Of a stretch of DNA of 64,000 bases, positions 37,787 to 50,068 are shown piece by piece; the first letter of the stretch is position 1, and the number at the start of each line of letters is the position of its first letter. Source of the DNA: an uncultured Pseudomonadota bacterium (GTDB taxonomy: Bacteria; Myxococcota_A; Polyangia; Fen-1088); NCBI GenBank assembly GCA_963847705.1, contig CAWKBC010000034.1:64001-128000 (forward strand). Reading direction: 5' to 3'. The translations under genes and the position numbers were made by a program. The notes under the pieces were generated by a model. That model made no database searches. It was not told the DNA's origin and saw only the letters and a program-made list of their open reading frames with translations.

Positions 37787-39685
37787 TCAACCGAGGCTGA
37801 TGTCGCCCGTGCACTGGCCAGCGACGCAGGACTCGCCGGCGTTGCAGCAACCGCACCCGCACGGAACGACGTCCGGATCGCACAGGATCGCGGCGCACTG
37901 ACCGTTGTTGCAGATCTGCCCGCAGCCGCAGGTCGGGGTGCAGGTCTTGCCCGGACAGAGGCCGTTGGTGCAGGTCCCGCCACCGGTGCAGCCGCAGGTG
38001 CCACCGCAGCCGTCGGACCCGCCGCAGGTGCCATTGTTCGGGCAGGTCGGCTGGCAGCAGCCACCGGCGGCAGGCACCAGTCCGGCCGGACAGACGCAGG
38101 TCTTCCCGCAGCCGTCGGCCATCCCGCCGCGGCTCCCGTCGCCCGGGCAGGCCGGCGTGCAGCAAGCGCCATTGTAGAGCGTGCTCCCCTTCGCGCAGGC
38201 GCAGGTCTTCCCGCAGCCGTCGGCCATCCCGCCGCGGCTGCCGTCGCCCGGACAGTTCGGCGCGCAGCAGCTTCCGCCGTAGACGACGTCGCCGCTCGGG
38301 CAGGCGCAGGTCTTGCCGCAGCCGTCGCTCATGTTGCCGCGGCTGCCGTCGGTGGGACAGTTCGGCTTGCAGCAGGCGCCCATGTAGAGCGCGCTCCCCG
38401 TGGCGCAGGCGCAGGTGCCGCCGCAGCTGTCCGATTTTCCGGCGTTGCTGCCGTCGGTGGGGCAGACGGGCTTGCAGCAGCTGCCGCCGTAGACGACGTC
38501 GCCGCTCGGGCAGGCGCAGGTCTTGCCGCAGCCGTCGCTCATGTTGCCGCGGCTGCCGTCGCCCGGGCAGTTCGGCGTGCAGCAGGCGCCCATGTAGAGC
38601 GTGCTCCCGGTGGCGCAGCTGCAGGTCCCGCCACAGCCGTTCGACTTGCCGCCGTTGCTGCCGTTGGCGGGGCAGTTCGGCGTGCAGCAGGCGCCGTTGT
38701 AGAGCGCGCTCCCCGCGGCGCAGGCGCAGGTCTTGCCGCAGCCGTCGCTCATGCCGCCACGGCTGCCGTCGGCGGGGCAGTTGGGCATGCAGCATCCGTT
38801 GGTGACCTGCGTGCTGCCGGTCGGGCAGGGGCAGAGGCCGGCGCAACCGTCGTCGAGCCCGGCGCGGCTTCCGTCGCTGGGGCAGGTGGGCGTACAGACG
38901 CAGGCGCCCTGGATGCAATGACCGGCCGAGCCGCAGCTCTTCGGGCAGCTGCAGGTGTCCATGCAGGTGCCGTTGCTGCAGATGCTCCCCGCGGCGCACT
39001 TCACGCCCGCGCAGAGATTCGCCACGCAGGTGCCGCCGCTGCAGAGCTGATTGGCGGCGCAGTGGACCGTGGCGCAGGGATTGGGCGACGCGCAGGTGAG
39101 GTTGCAGGCCTTCCCCGGGCCGCAGGCGGCGTCGCAGGCATCGAGCATCACGCAGGCGCCGGTGCCGGGATTGCAGTACTGCCCGGAGGGACAGGTCACA
39201 CCGTTGCACGGTTCGAGGAAACAGCCCGCCTGGCAGGCGCCGGAGACGCAGGTCTGACCGTCGGGACAGCTCTTGCCGGCGCAAGGATCGGTGACGGCCA
39301 CGCAGCTCGCGCGGCAGGTGGTGCCCGTCGCGCAGCTGGAGGCCGCGGCCAGGCAGGGATCAGGCTGGCAGGTTCCGCCCAGGCAAACCTGTCCGCTTGG
39401 ACACTGCGCGGGACAGGTCGGCGCGCCGCCCGTGCCGCCGCCGGCGCCAGCGGCACCGCCCGCTCCGCCCGGCGCGCCGCCGTCGCGCGCTCCCGAGCCG
39501 AGCTTGCCATTCGTGCTGCCGTTTCCACCGCCGCCCATGAGCTTGAGCGCGGTCCCGCCGTCTTCGGAGATGGACGTCGACTGCGCCGCGGGATGGAAGT
39601 CGCACCCGGCGAGCCACAACAGCGCCAGCAGCGACATCCCGGATGAAATGAGCAGCGACGAACGGAGAGAGCGCGCGGTCCCCAT
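37787..39685 (-). CDS. Cys-rich repeat lipoprotein
   Basis: Lipobox LAGC, Gly linker, then only Cys-rich repeats; start could be the second Met (MSLLALL). Confidence 0.85.
   Translation of the reverse strand: MGTARSLRSSLLISSGMSLLALLWLAGCDFHPAAQSTSISEDGGTALKLMGGGGNGSTNGKLGSGARDGGAPGGAGGAAGAGGGTGGAPTCPAQCPSGQVCLGGTCQPDPCLAAASSCATGTTCRASCVAVTDPCAGKSCPDGQTCVSGACQAGCFLEPCNGVTCPSGQYCNPGTGACVMLDACDAACGPGKACNLTCASPNPCATVHCAANQLCSGGTCVANLCAGVKCAAGSICSNGTCMDTCSCPKSCGSAGHCIQGACVCTPTCPSDGSRAGLDDGCAGLCPCPTGSTQVTNGCCMPNCPADGSRGGMSDGCGKTCACAAGSALYNGACCTPNCPANGSNGGKSNGCGGTCSCATGSTLYMGACCTPNCPGDGSRGNMSDGCGKTCACPSGDVVYGGSCCKPVCPTDGSNAGKSDSCGGTCACATGSALYMGACCKPNCPTDGSRGNMSDGCGKTCACPSGDVVYGGSCCAPNCPGDGSRGGMADGCGKTCACAKGSTLYNGACCTPACPGDGSRGGMADGCGKTCVCPAGLVPAAGGCCQPTCPNNGTCGGSDGCGGTCGCTGGGTCTNGLCPGKTCTPTCGCGQICNNGQCAAILCDPDVVPCGCGCCNAGESCVAGQCTGDISLG
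37985..38900 (-). repeat. intragenic tandem repeat, 8-9 copies of 105 bp (35 aa, six Cys)
   Basis: Unit CCxPxCPxDGSRGxMxDGCGKTCxCxxGxxxYxGx; 105-nt period checked at 38581/38686. Confidence 0.9.
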
Positions 39686-39882
39686 GTGATCTGCATCGGC
39701 GACGGCGCGCTGCGAAGTGAGGAGAATCGTGTGGCGCCCAACGACGACCTCGACTCACGCCAGCGACGAGGTGGTTCGTCGCGCACGTCGTCGCCTGCGC
39801 GCCTGCACGCCGCCCGACAGGTTCGTGGCGAGCCAGGTCGCTGACGTGTAGATCAGGGGTCGAGCCTCAAGGAGGGCGACTG

Positions 39883-40244
39883 ATGCCAGACCCGAAGCGA
39901 TACCTCGAAGACTGGAGCGCGATCACCCCGACCGATTTCGGCCTGCATGCCGCGTACTGGACCGGGAAGCCCGAAGAGCCCGTGATGTTCCGGCCGATCT
40001 TGGGTGGATCACCTACAACGCCAAGGAGGTCGGAAGCCCTCCCGACACCCTGCTGAAGAACGGATTTGGCGCGGTGGTCCTGAGTGACGCCTGGTGGCCG
40101 CTGCTGGCCTTCCAGATCAACGACTACGGCGGCGTCTTTCCGAAGACGCTCGATCTCGAGACGGTCAAGACCAAGATCGCCGAGTGGCGCACCTCGGGCG
40201 CCGAGCAGTTTCGCATCAACGTTCGGGAGGTCGGCAGGGCCTGA
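39883..40244 (+). pseudogene. hypothetical protein (about 120 aa) with a frameshift at about 40003; missed by the ORF track
   Basis: AAGGAGG RBS and ATG give MPDPKRYLEDWSAITP...FRPIL; adding one G at TTGGGTGG continues GWITYNAKEVG...INVREVGRA* with GC3-rich codons. Confidence 0.65.
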
Positions 40245-40376
40245 CGGCTTGACGCTGGAGGGCACCGCGCCAGAAATGCGGCACCACGCGCGCCCGCGCG
40301 AGGAAGAGATCCCCTGATTTGCTCGCTCGGCGGCTGGTCGGGGTCCCGGGAGCCACCAAGGTCTTGGGGGCGACGC

Positions 40377-40721
40377 ATGTTGCGACGGACCGTCGAGCTG
40401 GTGGCCCTGCTGTTCGAGGCAGGGGGAACGTTCGCGATGGCCATTGGCGCCGTCGTCGCGCTCGGCCTAGCCCTGCGAGACAGGGCCGGCGGGGGGCGGA
40501 TGGTCTACCGCAGCTTCCGAAACCGGTTGGGGCGGGCCATCATCCTCGGCCTCGAGCTGCTGGTCGCCGCCGACATCCTGCGCACGATCAGCACCGAGCC
40601 CACGCTGGAGCAGGTCGTCGTGCTCGGCATCGTCGTCCTCATCCGGACGTTCCTGAGCTTCTCTCTGGAGATCGAGCTCGAGGGACGCTGGCCCTGGCAG
40701 AGTCGAGGCGAGGCGCGGTGA
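40377..40721 (+). CDS. DUF1622 family membrane protein
   Basis: LGRAIILGLELLVAADI.RT..., IRTFLSFSLEIELEGRWPW. Confidence 0.9.
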   Translation: MLRRTVELVALLFEAGGTFAMAIGAVVALGLALRDRAGGGRMVYRSFRNRLGRAIILGLELLVAADILRTISTEPTLEQVVVLGIVVLIRTFLSFSLEIELEGRWPWQSRGEAR

Positions 40722-41125
40722 GCAGCGCCGCCCCACCATCGACCTCCGACCAGCTGGCTCACCAGCGGACCGAGCTGGCCGGTGACCGCACGGTGATGGC
40801 GGCCGACCGCACCTTGATGGCCTGGATCCGGACCGCGCTCTCGATGATCGGCTTCGGATTCACCATCTACAAGTTCCTGCACGCCTTCGCGGAGTCGGGT
40901 TCGGTCCATCTCCGCCGCCCCAACAGCCCACGCAACCTCGGGATCTTCCTGGCGGCGCTGGGGACTGGATCGCTGGTGGCCGGTCTCATCCAATACGTGC
41001 AGATGCTCCGGCAGGTCCACATCTCGGCGCTTCGTACGAGCGTGACGTTCTACGTGGCGTGCGGCGTCGTGATCCTGGGGCTCACGATCCTGCTGGGGAT
41101 CGTGGCCAACATGGGACCCTTTTGA
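40718..41125 (+). CDS. DUF202/YidH family membrane protein
   Basis: AADRTLMAWIRTALSMIGFGF; GTGA overlap with the upstream gene. Confidence 0.9.
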   Translation: MSSAAPPSTSDQLAHQRTELAGDRTVMAADRTLMAWIRTALSMIGFGFTIYKFLHAFAESGSVHLRRPNSPRNLGIFLAALGTGSLVAGLIQYVQMLRQVHISALRTSVTFYVACGVVILGLTILLGIVANMGPF

Positions 41126-41191
41126 GGCCTCTGCGTCTGGGCGTGCTCCACACGTCGAGGAGACGCCCGACACGCTGAGGAGAGGCCCGAC

Positions 41192-42229
41192 TCAGCGAAA
41201 AATCCGCTTCCAGTCGCTCTTCATGCTGATGACCGACCAGCCGTCCTTCTTCGCCTGGTCCATCAGCGATGGCGGAAAGGTCCCCACCTTCGTGTCGGGG
41301 AGCCCGCCGGCGGGGCCGTAGGCGTACTCGCGCCCGGCGTCATCGTGGAGGACGAGCATCATCAGGTGCGGCCCTTTGCCGGCGCCGGTCCACTGCAACA
41401 TCTCGGTGTCGCCGCTGGAGTTTCCGAACGCCACCAGAGGGCGCTTGCCGATGAAGAGGTTGATCCCGACCGCCTTGCCGCCGTTGTTGTCGATGAAGAA
41501 GGGCTTGGTCTCACGACGCAAAACCGGCGTGCCTCCGTTCGCGTCATATCTGGTCAGGAGGCTCGACCCGATCACCTGCTCGGTGGGAACTCCGTAGACC
41601 GCCCGGCTGTAGACACGGACGAACTCCTGCCCGCCGCCGGTGACGATGTACGTCTTGAATCCGTTGGCTCGCAGGAATTGCATCACCTCCAGCATGGGCT
41701 GGTAGACGAGCTCGGTGTAGTGGCGGTGAAAGCGCGGATGCTGCGCGGTGGCCAGCCAGTGCGAAACCTCGGCGAGGAATTCCTCGAGGGTCGTGTCGCC
41801 GTGGGTGGCGGCGACGAGCTTCTCCCAGTCCGACTCCGCCAGCTTGCCGAGCGCCTCCGTGTCGTCGGCCAGGACCGACCTGAACCGCTCGTCCTTCTTC
41901 CATTCCGGGTGCACCGCCACCAGCTCGTGAAGCCGGTCGAGCGCGAACACCGCCTGGGTGTAGAGCGGATGCTCGACCCAGAGGGTCCCGTCCTGATCGA
42001 AGGTCGCGATCCGATCCTCCACCGGCACGAAGTGCGCACCTTTCTTGTCGGTCGCCGTCTTGACCAGATCCAGAATCGCGCGCTTGGCGGGCCCGTCGTT
42101 CCACGAGGGGAGAGGCTCGGCCGCGCCGGAGGCTCGTCTCGCCCAGGCCGCGCCGATGATCCCGAGCAGAAGCAGACAGAGGAGGAGCGACCGCCCGCCC
42201 GAGCGGACAAAGAGCGTTGCCCTGGTCAT
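41192..42229 (-). CDS. secreted HAD-family phosphatase
   Basis: Signal peptide; LPSWNDG, FDQDGTLW.E.P, VTGGG, GNSSGD. Confidence 0.9.
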   Translation of the reverse strand: MTRATLFVRSGGRSLLLCLLLLGIIGAAWARRASGAAEPLPSWNDGPAKRAILDLVKTATDKKGAHFVPVEDRIATFDQDGTLWVEHPLYTQAVFALDRLHELVAVHPEWKKDERFRSVLADDTEALGKLAESDWEKLVAATHGDTTLEEFLAEVSHWLATAQHPRFHRHYTELVYQPMLEVMQFLRANGFKTYIVTGGGQEFVRVYSRAVYGVPTEQVIGSSLLTRYDANGGTPVLRRETKPFFIDNNGGKAVGINLFIGKRPLVAFGNSSGDTEMLQWTGAGKGPHLMMLVLHDDAGREYAYGPAGGLPDTKVGTFPPSLMDQAKKDGWSVISMKSDWKRIFR

Positions 42230-42372
42230 AGGTGGCCAATGGCCATCCCAGGACCGACCGACAACCGCAACAATGCCCCATTCGATGCGGGGCGGAAGCG
42301 CCGCTTCGTTCGTCTCCTCGTTCGCCGATTTGGCGACGGCTTCGGTGATGGTGCAGGGGCTTCAGGCCGTCT

Positions 42373-43398
42373 TCAAGCCGTCTTGCGGACGATATCCGGC
42401 GCCGGCGCCGGCGTGTAACGCCGCTCGGGCGGCGGGAAACCGCACGACGAGCCGTCGACGTGGACGACCTCGTCCTCCCACGGAAGCCGGTAGCGGCCCG
42501 CCACCAGATCCTGCATGTACGTGTAGGGGCAGTCGCCCGCGCCGCCTTTCACGGCGACGTAGCCCCGATGCGCCAGCTGGTAAATGTTGTTCTCGACGCC
42601 CCAGCCGCGGCGCGCCTCCCGCACCAGATCGGGCCGCACCTCGGCGGTGATGATCTCGTCGGGGCGACCGCCGCCGGTCACCAGCGGTACGCCGTCGAAG
42701 TTCACGATCATCCCCTCGCCCATCGAGTCGAAGCTCCCGTCCGAGCCGCACAGGCAGACGGAGGCGGTCACGGCGAGGTTGGAGAACGCGTTCGCCTGGT
42801 TGGTGATCTGCCAGGTGTGTCGGATCGGCGCGGTGTAGCCCGCCGTGCGCAGGATGATCTCCGCCCCCTTGTAGGCGCACTCGCGCGCCATCTCCGGGAA
42901 CATGCCGTCGTGGCAGATGATGAGCCCGAGACGGCTGCCGTTGGGCCCGTCGCACACGGGGATGCCGAGATCGCCCGGCTCCCACGGCTCGACCGGCACC
43001 CAGGGATGCAGCTTGCGGTAGTAAAGGCGCAGCTCCCCTTGGTCGTCGAGGATGATGCCGGTGTTGAACGGATTGCCGGCCGGGTTGGCCTCCATCAGGG
43101 AGAAGCAGCCCCAGATCCGGTTGGCCCGACAGGCCGCCCGAAACGCGCTCACCTCCGGACCATCCATCCGGCACATGAGCGCCGGCTCGGTGCTCATCGA
43201 GAGCCCGTGCAGCGAATATTCGGGGAAGACCACCAGGTCCATCCCGGGGAGGTTGCGCCGCGCCTTGCCCACCATCTCGACGATCCGGCCGGTCTGCGCC
43301 GCCAGCTCCGACGGGGTGGTCACCGTGGGGAGCTGCAGCTGGACCATGCCGATCACCACCCCCGCGGGGGATTTGTTGAGCCCGCCGAGTCCGCTCAT
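42373..43398 (-). CDS. amiF: formamidase (nitrilase superfamily)
   Basis: MSGLGGLNKS N-terminus; catalytic FPEY, YRKLHPW, ICHDG. Confidence 0.88.
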   Translation of the reverse strand: MSGLGGLNKSPAGVVIGMVQLQLPTVTTPSELAAQTGRIVEMVGKARRNLPGMDLVVFPEYSLHGLSMSTEPALMCRMDGPEVSAFRAACRANRIWGCFSLMEANPAGNPFNTGIILDDQGELRLYYRKLHPWVPVEPWEPGDLGIPVCDGPNGSRLGLIICHDGMFPEMARECAYKGAEIILRTAGYTAPIRHTWQITNQANAFSNLAVTASVCLCGSDGSFDSMGEGMIVNFDGVPLVTGGGRPDEIITAEVRPDLVREARRGWGVENNIYQLAHRGYVAVKGGAGDCPYTYMQDLVAGRYRLPWEDEVVHVDGSSCGFPPPERRYTPAPAPDIVRKTA

Positions 43399-43588
43399 CT
43401 GAACCTCCTGTGGTTGACGGCGCTGGAGAACGCCACGCGCTGCCCTGAAATCCTGCCGAATCTTGGCCGCGGCGCTCATCCGGGCGGGTTTCGGAACGAA
43501 CGGTTCTTCGTAACATTCCGCCCGCCGCAGGCCCCGAAATGGTTTCCCGCAGGGACCGCGTGGCCTAAGGTACGCCCGCCCCAACACC

Positions 43589-45547
<1,959 letters not shown>

Positions 45548-45586
45548 CAACCTTCGGCGTCCATTCCACCCTGGAGCATTCTCACG

Positions 45587-45645
45587 ATGGCGGTGGAGTC
45601 CGCCGATAACCGCTGGCCCTCACGGCAGCCAATGACTCCTACGAT
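45587..45645 (+). promoter_or_regulatory. fluoride riboswitch (crcB motif)
   Basis: GGCGGTGGAGTCCGCC-GATAACCGCTG...CAGC-CAATGACTCCTAC fits the GGCGAUGGAGUUCGCC..AACCGC..AUGACUCCUAC consensus; directly upstream of CLC-F. Confidence 0.92.
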
Positions 45646-45717
45646 TGCACCACACATGGTGCCGTAGGACTTCGCCCCTCGAATCCCTCCGGCGCCGAAA
45701 CAGGAGGTCGATTCAGG

Positions 45718-46977
45718 ATGATTCCGACGCAGCAGCTGCGCACATTCGGGCAATGGACGGCGCTGGGCACCTTCGTCGGTGTCGCGTGCGGACTGGCCTC
45801 GGCCGCGTTCCTCGCTCTGCTCGAGCTGGTCACGAACTTCCGCGGCACCCACGAATGGATCGTCTATGCCCTACCCCTGGCGGGGCTCGGCATCGGCGCG
45901 ATCTACGAGCGCTGGGGGAGCGCGATCAAGGGGGGGAACAACCTGATCATCGACACGCTCCACGACGACGCCCCCCAGATCCCTCTGCGGATGGCGCCGA
46001 TGGTGCTCATCGGGACCGTGCTCACCCACCTCTTTGGCGGCAGCGCGGGCCGGGAAGGGACCGCGGTGCAGATGGGCGCCAGCATCGCGGACGCGATCGC
46101 CCACGATTTTCGGGTCGGGCGCGATCTGCGACGGATCGTGATCGCCGCCGGCATCGCGGGCGGCTTCGCCTCGGTGTTCGGGACCCCGATCGCCGGTCTC
46201 ATCTTCGGCCTGGAGGTGGTCTGCATCGGGCGCATCGAGTACGACGCGCTCATTCCCGCGCTCGTCGCCGCCGTCGTGGGCGATCGGGTGACGCGCGCGC
46301 TCGGCATCGTGCACACCGCCTACCCGACCGCGCGGGCGATCCCCTTTTCTGTCGGGCTCGGCGGCAAGCTGGTGGTCATCGGCGGCGCGATGGCGCTGGC
46401 GACGATCGCCTTCATCGAGTTGACCCACTTCATCAAGGCGCACATGGAGCGCCAGGTGCCGCGGCTGCCTTTCCGGATGTTCCTCGGTGGGGCCGCCATC
46501 GTGGCTCTGTGGCGGCTCGTCGGCAGCAGCGACTACCTGGGACTGGGCGTCCCCACGATCCTGCGCGCTTTCAGCGATCCGCACCTTCCGGTCTATTCGT
46601 TCGCCGCCAAGATCGTCTTCACGGCGGTGACGCTGGGCTGCGGCTTTCTCGGCGGTGAGGTCACGCCCCTCTTCTTCATCGGCGCCACGCTCGGCAACGT
46701 CCTGGCCCGTCTGGTGGGGATTCCGATCGAGCTCGGTGCGGCGGTCGGCCTGGCGGCGGTCTTCGGCGCCGCCGCCAACACCCCCCTGGCGCTCTCCATC
46801 ATGATCGTCGAGCTCATGGGGGGCGCGTTCCTGCCCTACGTCGTCATCGTGACGGTCGTGGCGTATCTGCTCTCCGGCCACCGGGGGATCTATCCGGCGC
46901 AGCGGCTGCTCCGGAAGAAACATGGACCGGCCCTGGAAAAGGCGATCCCGTTGCGCGACTACCGCGGTCGTCCTTGA
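45718..46977 (+). CDS. CLC-F (EriC-type) fluoride/proton antiporter
   Basis: CLC-F signature motifs GNNLI, GREGT, GEVTP; fluoride riboswitch upstream. Confidence 0.93.
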   Translation: MIPTQQLRTFGQWTALGTFVGVACGLASAAFLALLELVTNFRGTHEWIVYALPLAGLGIGAIYERWGSAIKGGNNLIIDTLHDDAPQIPLRMAPMVLIGTVLTHLFGGSAGREGTAVQMGASIADAIAHDFRVGRDLRRIVIAAGIAGGFASVFGTPIAGLIFGLEVVCIGRIEYDALIPALVAAVVGDRVTRALGIVHTAYPTARAIPFSVGLGGKLVVIGGAMALATIAFIELTHFIKAHMERQVPRLPFRMFLGGAAIVALWRLVGSSDYLGLGVPTILRAFSDPHLPVYSFAAKIVFTAVTLGCGFLGGEVTPLFFIGATLGNVLARLVGIPIELGAAVGLAAVFGAAANTPLALSIMIVELMGGAFLPYVVIVTVVAYLLSGHRGIYPAQRLLRKKHGPALEKAIPLRDYRGRP

Positions 46978-46987
46978 GCAACCCGGT

Positions 46988-48067
46988 TCAATTCCCGGCC
47001 AGCGCGGCGGCGATTCCGGCCGCCATCGGCTTGGCGGCGTACGCCTCGTCGAACGGGAGCGGACGATGCGGCCCTCGCCCGAACAGCCGGGCCCAGCGCG
47101 GCGCGTTCAGCCACGAATAGCGATCGGTGAAGCCCCAGAACGTGACGCCGGAGCAGCCGGAGACCGCCACGCAGGCCGCCACGATGTCGTGGGTGAGACG
47201 CTCCTGCTGCGCGAGCTTCTGGGCCAGCTCACCGTGCATCTCGCCGACGGGGACGTCCATCTCCGTGATCTCGACGGCCAGACCGAGCGCCGCGAACCGT
47301 TCCATGGTCCGCCGGATGACGTCAGCGGCCGGCCAGTGCCTCGCGTCGACGTGCATCTGAAACCCGACGCCACCGAGCGGGACGCCCGCCCCCCTCAGAC
47401 GCCGCGCCATCTGGTAGACCGCCTCCGTCTTGGCCGTCCCGAGGTCCTCCAGCTCGTAGTCGTTGTAGAAGAGCTGGGCGGCCGGATCGGCTTCGTGCGC
47501 CGCCCGAAAGGCGTCATCGAGGAACGTCGGGCCGAGCGCCGTGAACGGTGAATCTCTGCGAAGCCCGCCGCCCGGTCCGTCGGCGAAGGCTTCGTTCACC
47601 ACGTCCCACTGACTGATCCTTCCTCTCCAGTGCGACACCTCGCCGGTGACGTGCCGGAGCATCGCGGCGCGCAGCGCCTCGCCGGAGAGACCGGCGACCC
47701 AGGGCGCGAGCTGCTGATGCCAGACCAGCGTGTGGCCCCGAACCCGCATCCCGTTCTGCTCGGCGAACGCGACCAGCGCGTCGCCGGCGCCAAAAGCGAA
47801 CTGTCCGGGGCTCGGCTCCACGTTCACCCACTTCATGTCGTTTTCGGGAGTCACCGAGTTGAAGTTCGCGGCCAAGACCTGGGCGAACGCCGGCTCTCGA
47901 AGACGCCGTGCCTCCACGGCCGCGCCGACGTGGCGCGCACCAGCGACGCTGCGAAGCGGAGGGACGGCCACCGCGGGCGCCTCGTCTGTTGAAGGTTGCG
48001 CCTGACCGGAAGGCCCCCGGGCGGGGAGAACGCAACTGGCGGCGCCGAGACAGAGGAACGGGATCAT
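46988..48067 (-). CDS. endo-1,4-beta-xylanase, GH10
   Basis: TPENDMKW, RGHTLVWH, WDVVNE, YNDY, GFQMH, ITEMD; lipobox-like AASC. Confidence 0.93.
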   Translation of the reverse strand: MIPFLCLGAASCVLPARGPSGQAQPSTDEAPAVAVPPLRSVAGARHVGAAVEARRLREPAFAQVLAANFNSVTPENDMKWVNVEPSPGQFAFGAGDALVAFAEQNGMRVRGHTLVWHQQLAPWVAGLSGEALRAAMLRHVTGEVSHWRGRISQWDVVNEAFADGPGGGLRRDSPFTALGPTFLDDAFRAAHEADPAAQLFYNDYELEDLGTAKTEAVYQMARRLRGAGVPLGGVGFQMHVDARHWPAADVIRRTMERFAALGLAVEITEMDVPVGEMHGELAQKLAQQERLTHDIVAACVAVSGCSGVTFWGFTDRYSWLNAPRWARLFGRGPHRPLPFDEAYAAKPMAAGIAAALAGN

Positions 48068-48126
48068 GCTCCGGCCGGTGCGCCCAGCGCGTGAAGCGCG
48101 CGCGCCCGCACCCTGGGCCGCTCCCC

Positions 48127-49011
48127 TCACGGTCCCCCGTCGGGATGGAACGCCCCCGAGGGGAGCAGCGCCCCGCACGCGAGCTGAGCGATCTCGTCCG
48201 CGCTGAGCGCCCGTCGGTACAGCATGACCTCGTCGAGCTGGCCAGGGACGAACTCCGAGATGACAGGAGGGCCACCGTTGCCGTTGCCGGACAGAATGAC
48301 CGGGTTGGTTTCGCTGGCGAAGGGCCCGGTGACCGCTTGGTTGTTCACCTCGACCCCGTTGACGTAAAGGCGGATCTGGCTGCCGTCGTAGGTCCCAGCG
48401 AGATGGACCCAGGTTTGCTGCGGGAAGGTCGGCGGTCCGCCGATGACCTGCTGCCCGGCCGTGGTGGTGGTGATGAACAGGATCGCTTGTTGCTGGTCGT
48501 TGACCGACAGGTGGTAGTGCTGCCCGTAGCCAGTTCCGATCTGGCGGGAGATCGCCGTCGCGTAGGTGTTGGGCATGACCGGGGCTGTCAGAAACATCCA
48601 GGCCGCAACCGTGACCTGGTCGGTGACCGAATCGATCGAGGTGGAGTCCGGGACGTTGACGTACCCGTTGTCCTGCACCGACAGCGAGCCACCTTCCGGT
48701 CCGTCCGCGACCCACACCGTGGCCGCATCGAGCCCGACGAGCGTGCCGTTGTTGCCATGTCCGGAAGAGTCGCGGGCGGTGGCGCTGCCCGGGGCATCGT
48801 TGAGATGCCAGTCGCCGATCAGATCGTCCGACAGTCCCGTCGTGCTGGCGGTCGCACCGCCCTCCCCGCAGGATGGGTCGACGGCGACGATGGTCCGCCC
48901 CGAACAACCAGCACCGACCAGCGTCGAGGCCGAGAGGGCCAGGACGGCGATCGTGGCGGCCAGCTGGCCGTGTCCCGGAAGAGAGCTAGAACCTCGCAAG
49001 CAGCCCTCCAT
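48127..49011 (-). CDS. LamG-like jellyroll domain lipoprotein
   Basis: GAGC lipobox; DSSG.GNNGT, W.HLAGTYDG..IRLYVNG, G.LDEV.LY.RALS. Confidence 0.88.
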   Translation of the reverse strand: MEGCLRGSSSLPGHGQLAATIAVLALSASTLVGAGCSGRTIVAVDPSCGEGGATASTTGLSDDLIGDWHLNDAPGSATARDSSGHGNNGTLVGLDAATVWVADGPEGGSLSVQDNGYVNVPDSTSIDSVTDQVTVAAWMFLTAPVMPNTYATAISRQIGTGYGQHYHLSVNDQQQAILFITTTTAGQQVIGGPPTFPQQTWVHLAGTYDGSQIRLYVNGVEVNNQAVTGPFASETNPVILSGNGNGGPPVISEFVPGQLDEVMLYRRALSADEIAQLACGALLPSGAFHPDGGP

Positions 49012-50068
49012 GCGCGAAGACGGCCGCGCCGTCGAGGTGGGCTGCCTGCGCGGATCCGACCTCGACCGTCACCGACGGCCAGAACAGGAGCGCCTCGACC
49101 TCGACGACCACCGAGAGCTGTGGGGCCAGCGCGACCGCCAACCCACCGCTCGCCGTGACCAGCCCTGAAAACACCCGCCCTTGGTGGTCCTTGGCCGCGT
49201 CTGCGCTGCTCCCTTTCGCCCCCACATCCTGCCAGCCGGCACCGACAGCCACCACCGGTTGGAGCGTCCGAGCGGACCGAAAGAAGCGGACCAGCTCCAA
49301 GGTCATCAGGAAGCGATCGATCTGGGCGGAGCCATCCGCACGGGTGACATCGGCAGCAGGCCCAAGGCCGTCCAGGGCGAGACGCACGCCGATCGCCGAC
49401 GGTCGCCCCAGCGAGAGCGCGACGCGCGGGACCACGAACAGCGGAGCGTCACCGAAATCTTGCAGCGCGCCCACCCCGACCTCGACGGCGATGCGGGGCG
49501 CTCTCGGTGCCGGCGCGGGCGCGGGCACCTCGGCCACCATCGGCGGCGCCGGAGGAGCGACCGTGGGTTTGGTTTCGACGACCCTCGGGACCACCGGCTT
49601 GGCCTCGACCGGTGGCCTCTCGGGCGGGGCCTGCTCCGGGATGGCCAGCAGGTCGATCTGGATGGCCGTTGCCAGCGCCATCGCACGGGCCATGTCGGCG
49701 CAGCTCTCGTTTCGCGAGGAGAACGTCCGCTCCCCTTCCCACTGATCGCTCGCGTCGCGCCATTCGACGCGCCCCCCCATCCTCGCGCCCGTGGGATAGA
49801 GGCGAACCAGCATCCGGCGCGGGGCGTTGTCCCGAAATGGATCGTGTCCGAGCTGGCGCACGATCGCCTTGCGAAAGTCGGCGGCGCTGGGACAGCCAGG
49901 GAGCGCCGGGTCGGTCTGGTAGTCGAGCGACACGAGCAATTCGGCACGGGCGCTCCTGGGGCTCGCGACAAGGACGATGGCGAGGGCCAGGGCAGCCGCG
50001 TACGCGCGCAGTCGAAGCGGCGTCGCTTCCACGGTGGTCTCAGGATACGATGACTCGGCGCGAAACAT
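48986..50068 (-). CDS. secreted/outer-membrane hypothetical protein
   Basis: Signal peptide, CP...C N-domain, Pro-rich linker, beta-strand C-terminus ending in Phe; start may be GTG at 50032. Confidence 0.75.
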   Translation of the reverse strand: MFRAESSYPETTVEATPLRLRAYAAALALAIVLVASPRSARAELLVSLDYQTDPALPGCPSAADFRKAIVRQLGHDPFRDNAPRRMLVRLYPTGARMGGRVEWRDASDQWEGERTFSSRNESCADMARAMALATAIQIDLLAIPEQAPPERPPVEAKPVVPRVVETKPTVAPPAPPMVAEVPAPAPAPRAPRIAVEVGVGALQDFGDAPLFVVPRVALSLGRPSAIGVRLALDGLGPAADVTRADGSAQIDRFLMTLELVRFFRSARTLQPVVAVGAGWQDVGAKGSSADAAKDHQGRVFSGLVTASGGLAVALAPQLSVVVEVEALLFWPSVTVEVGSAQAAHLDGAAVFAHGGLLARF

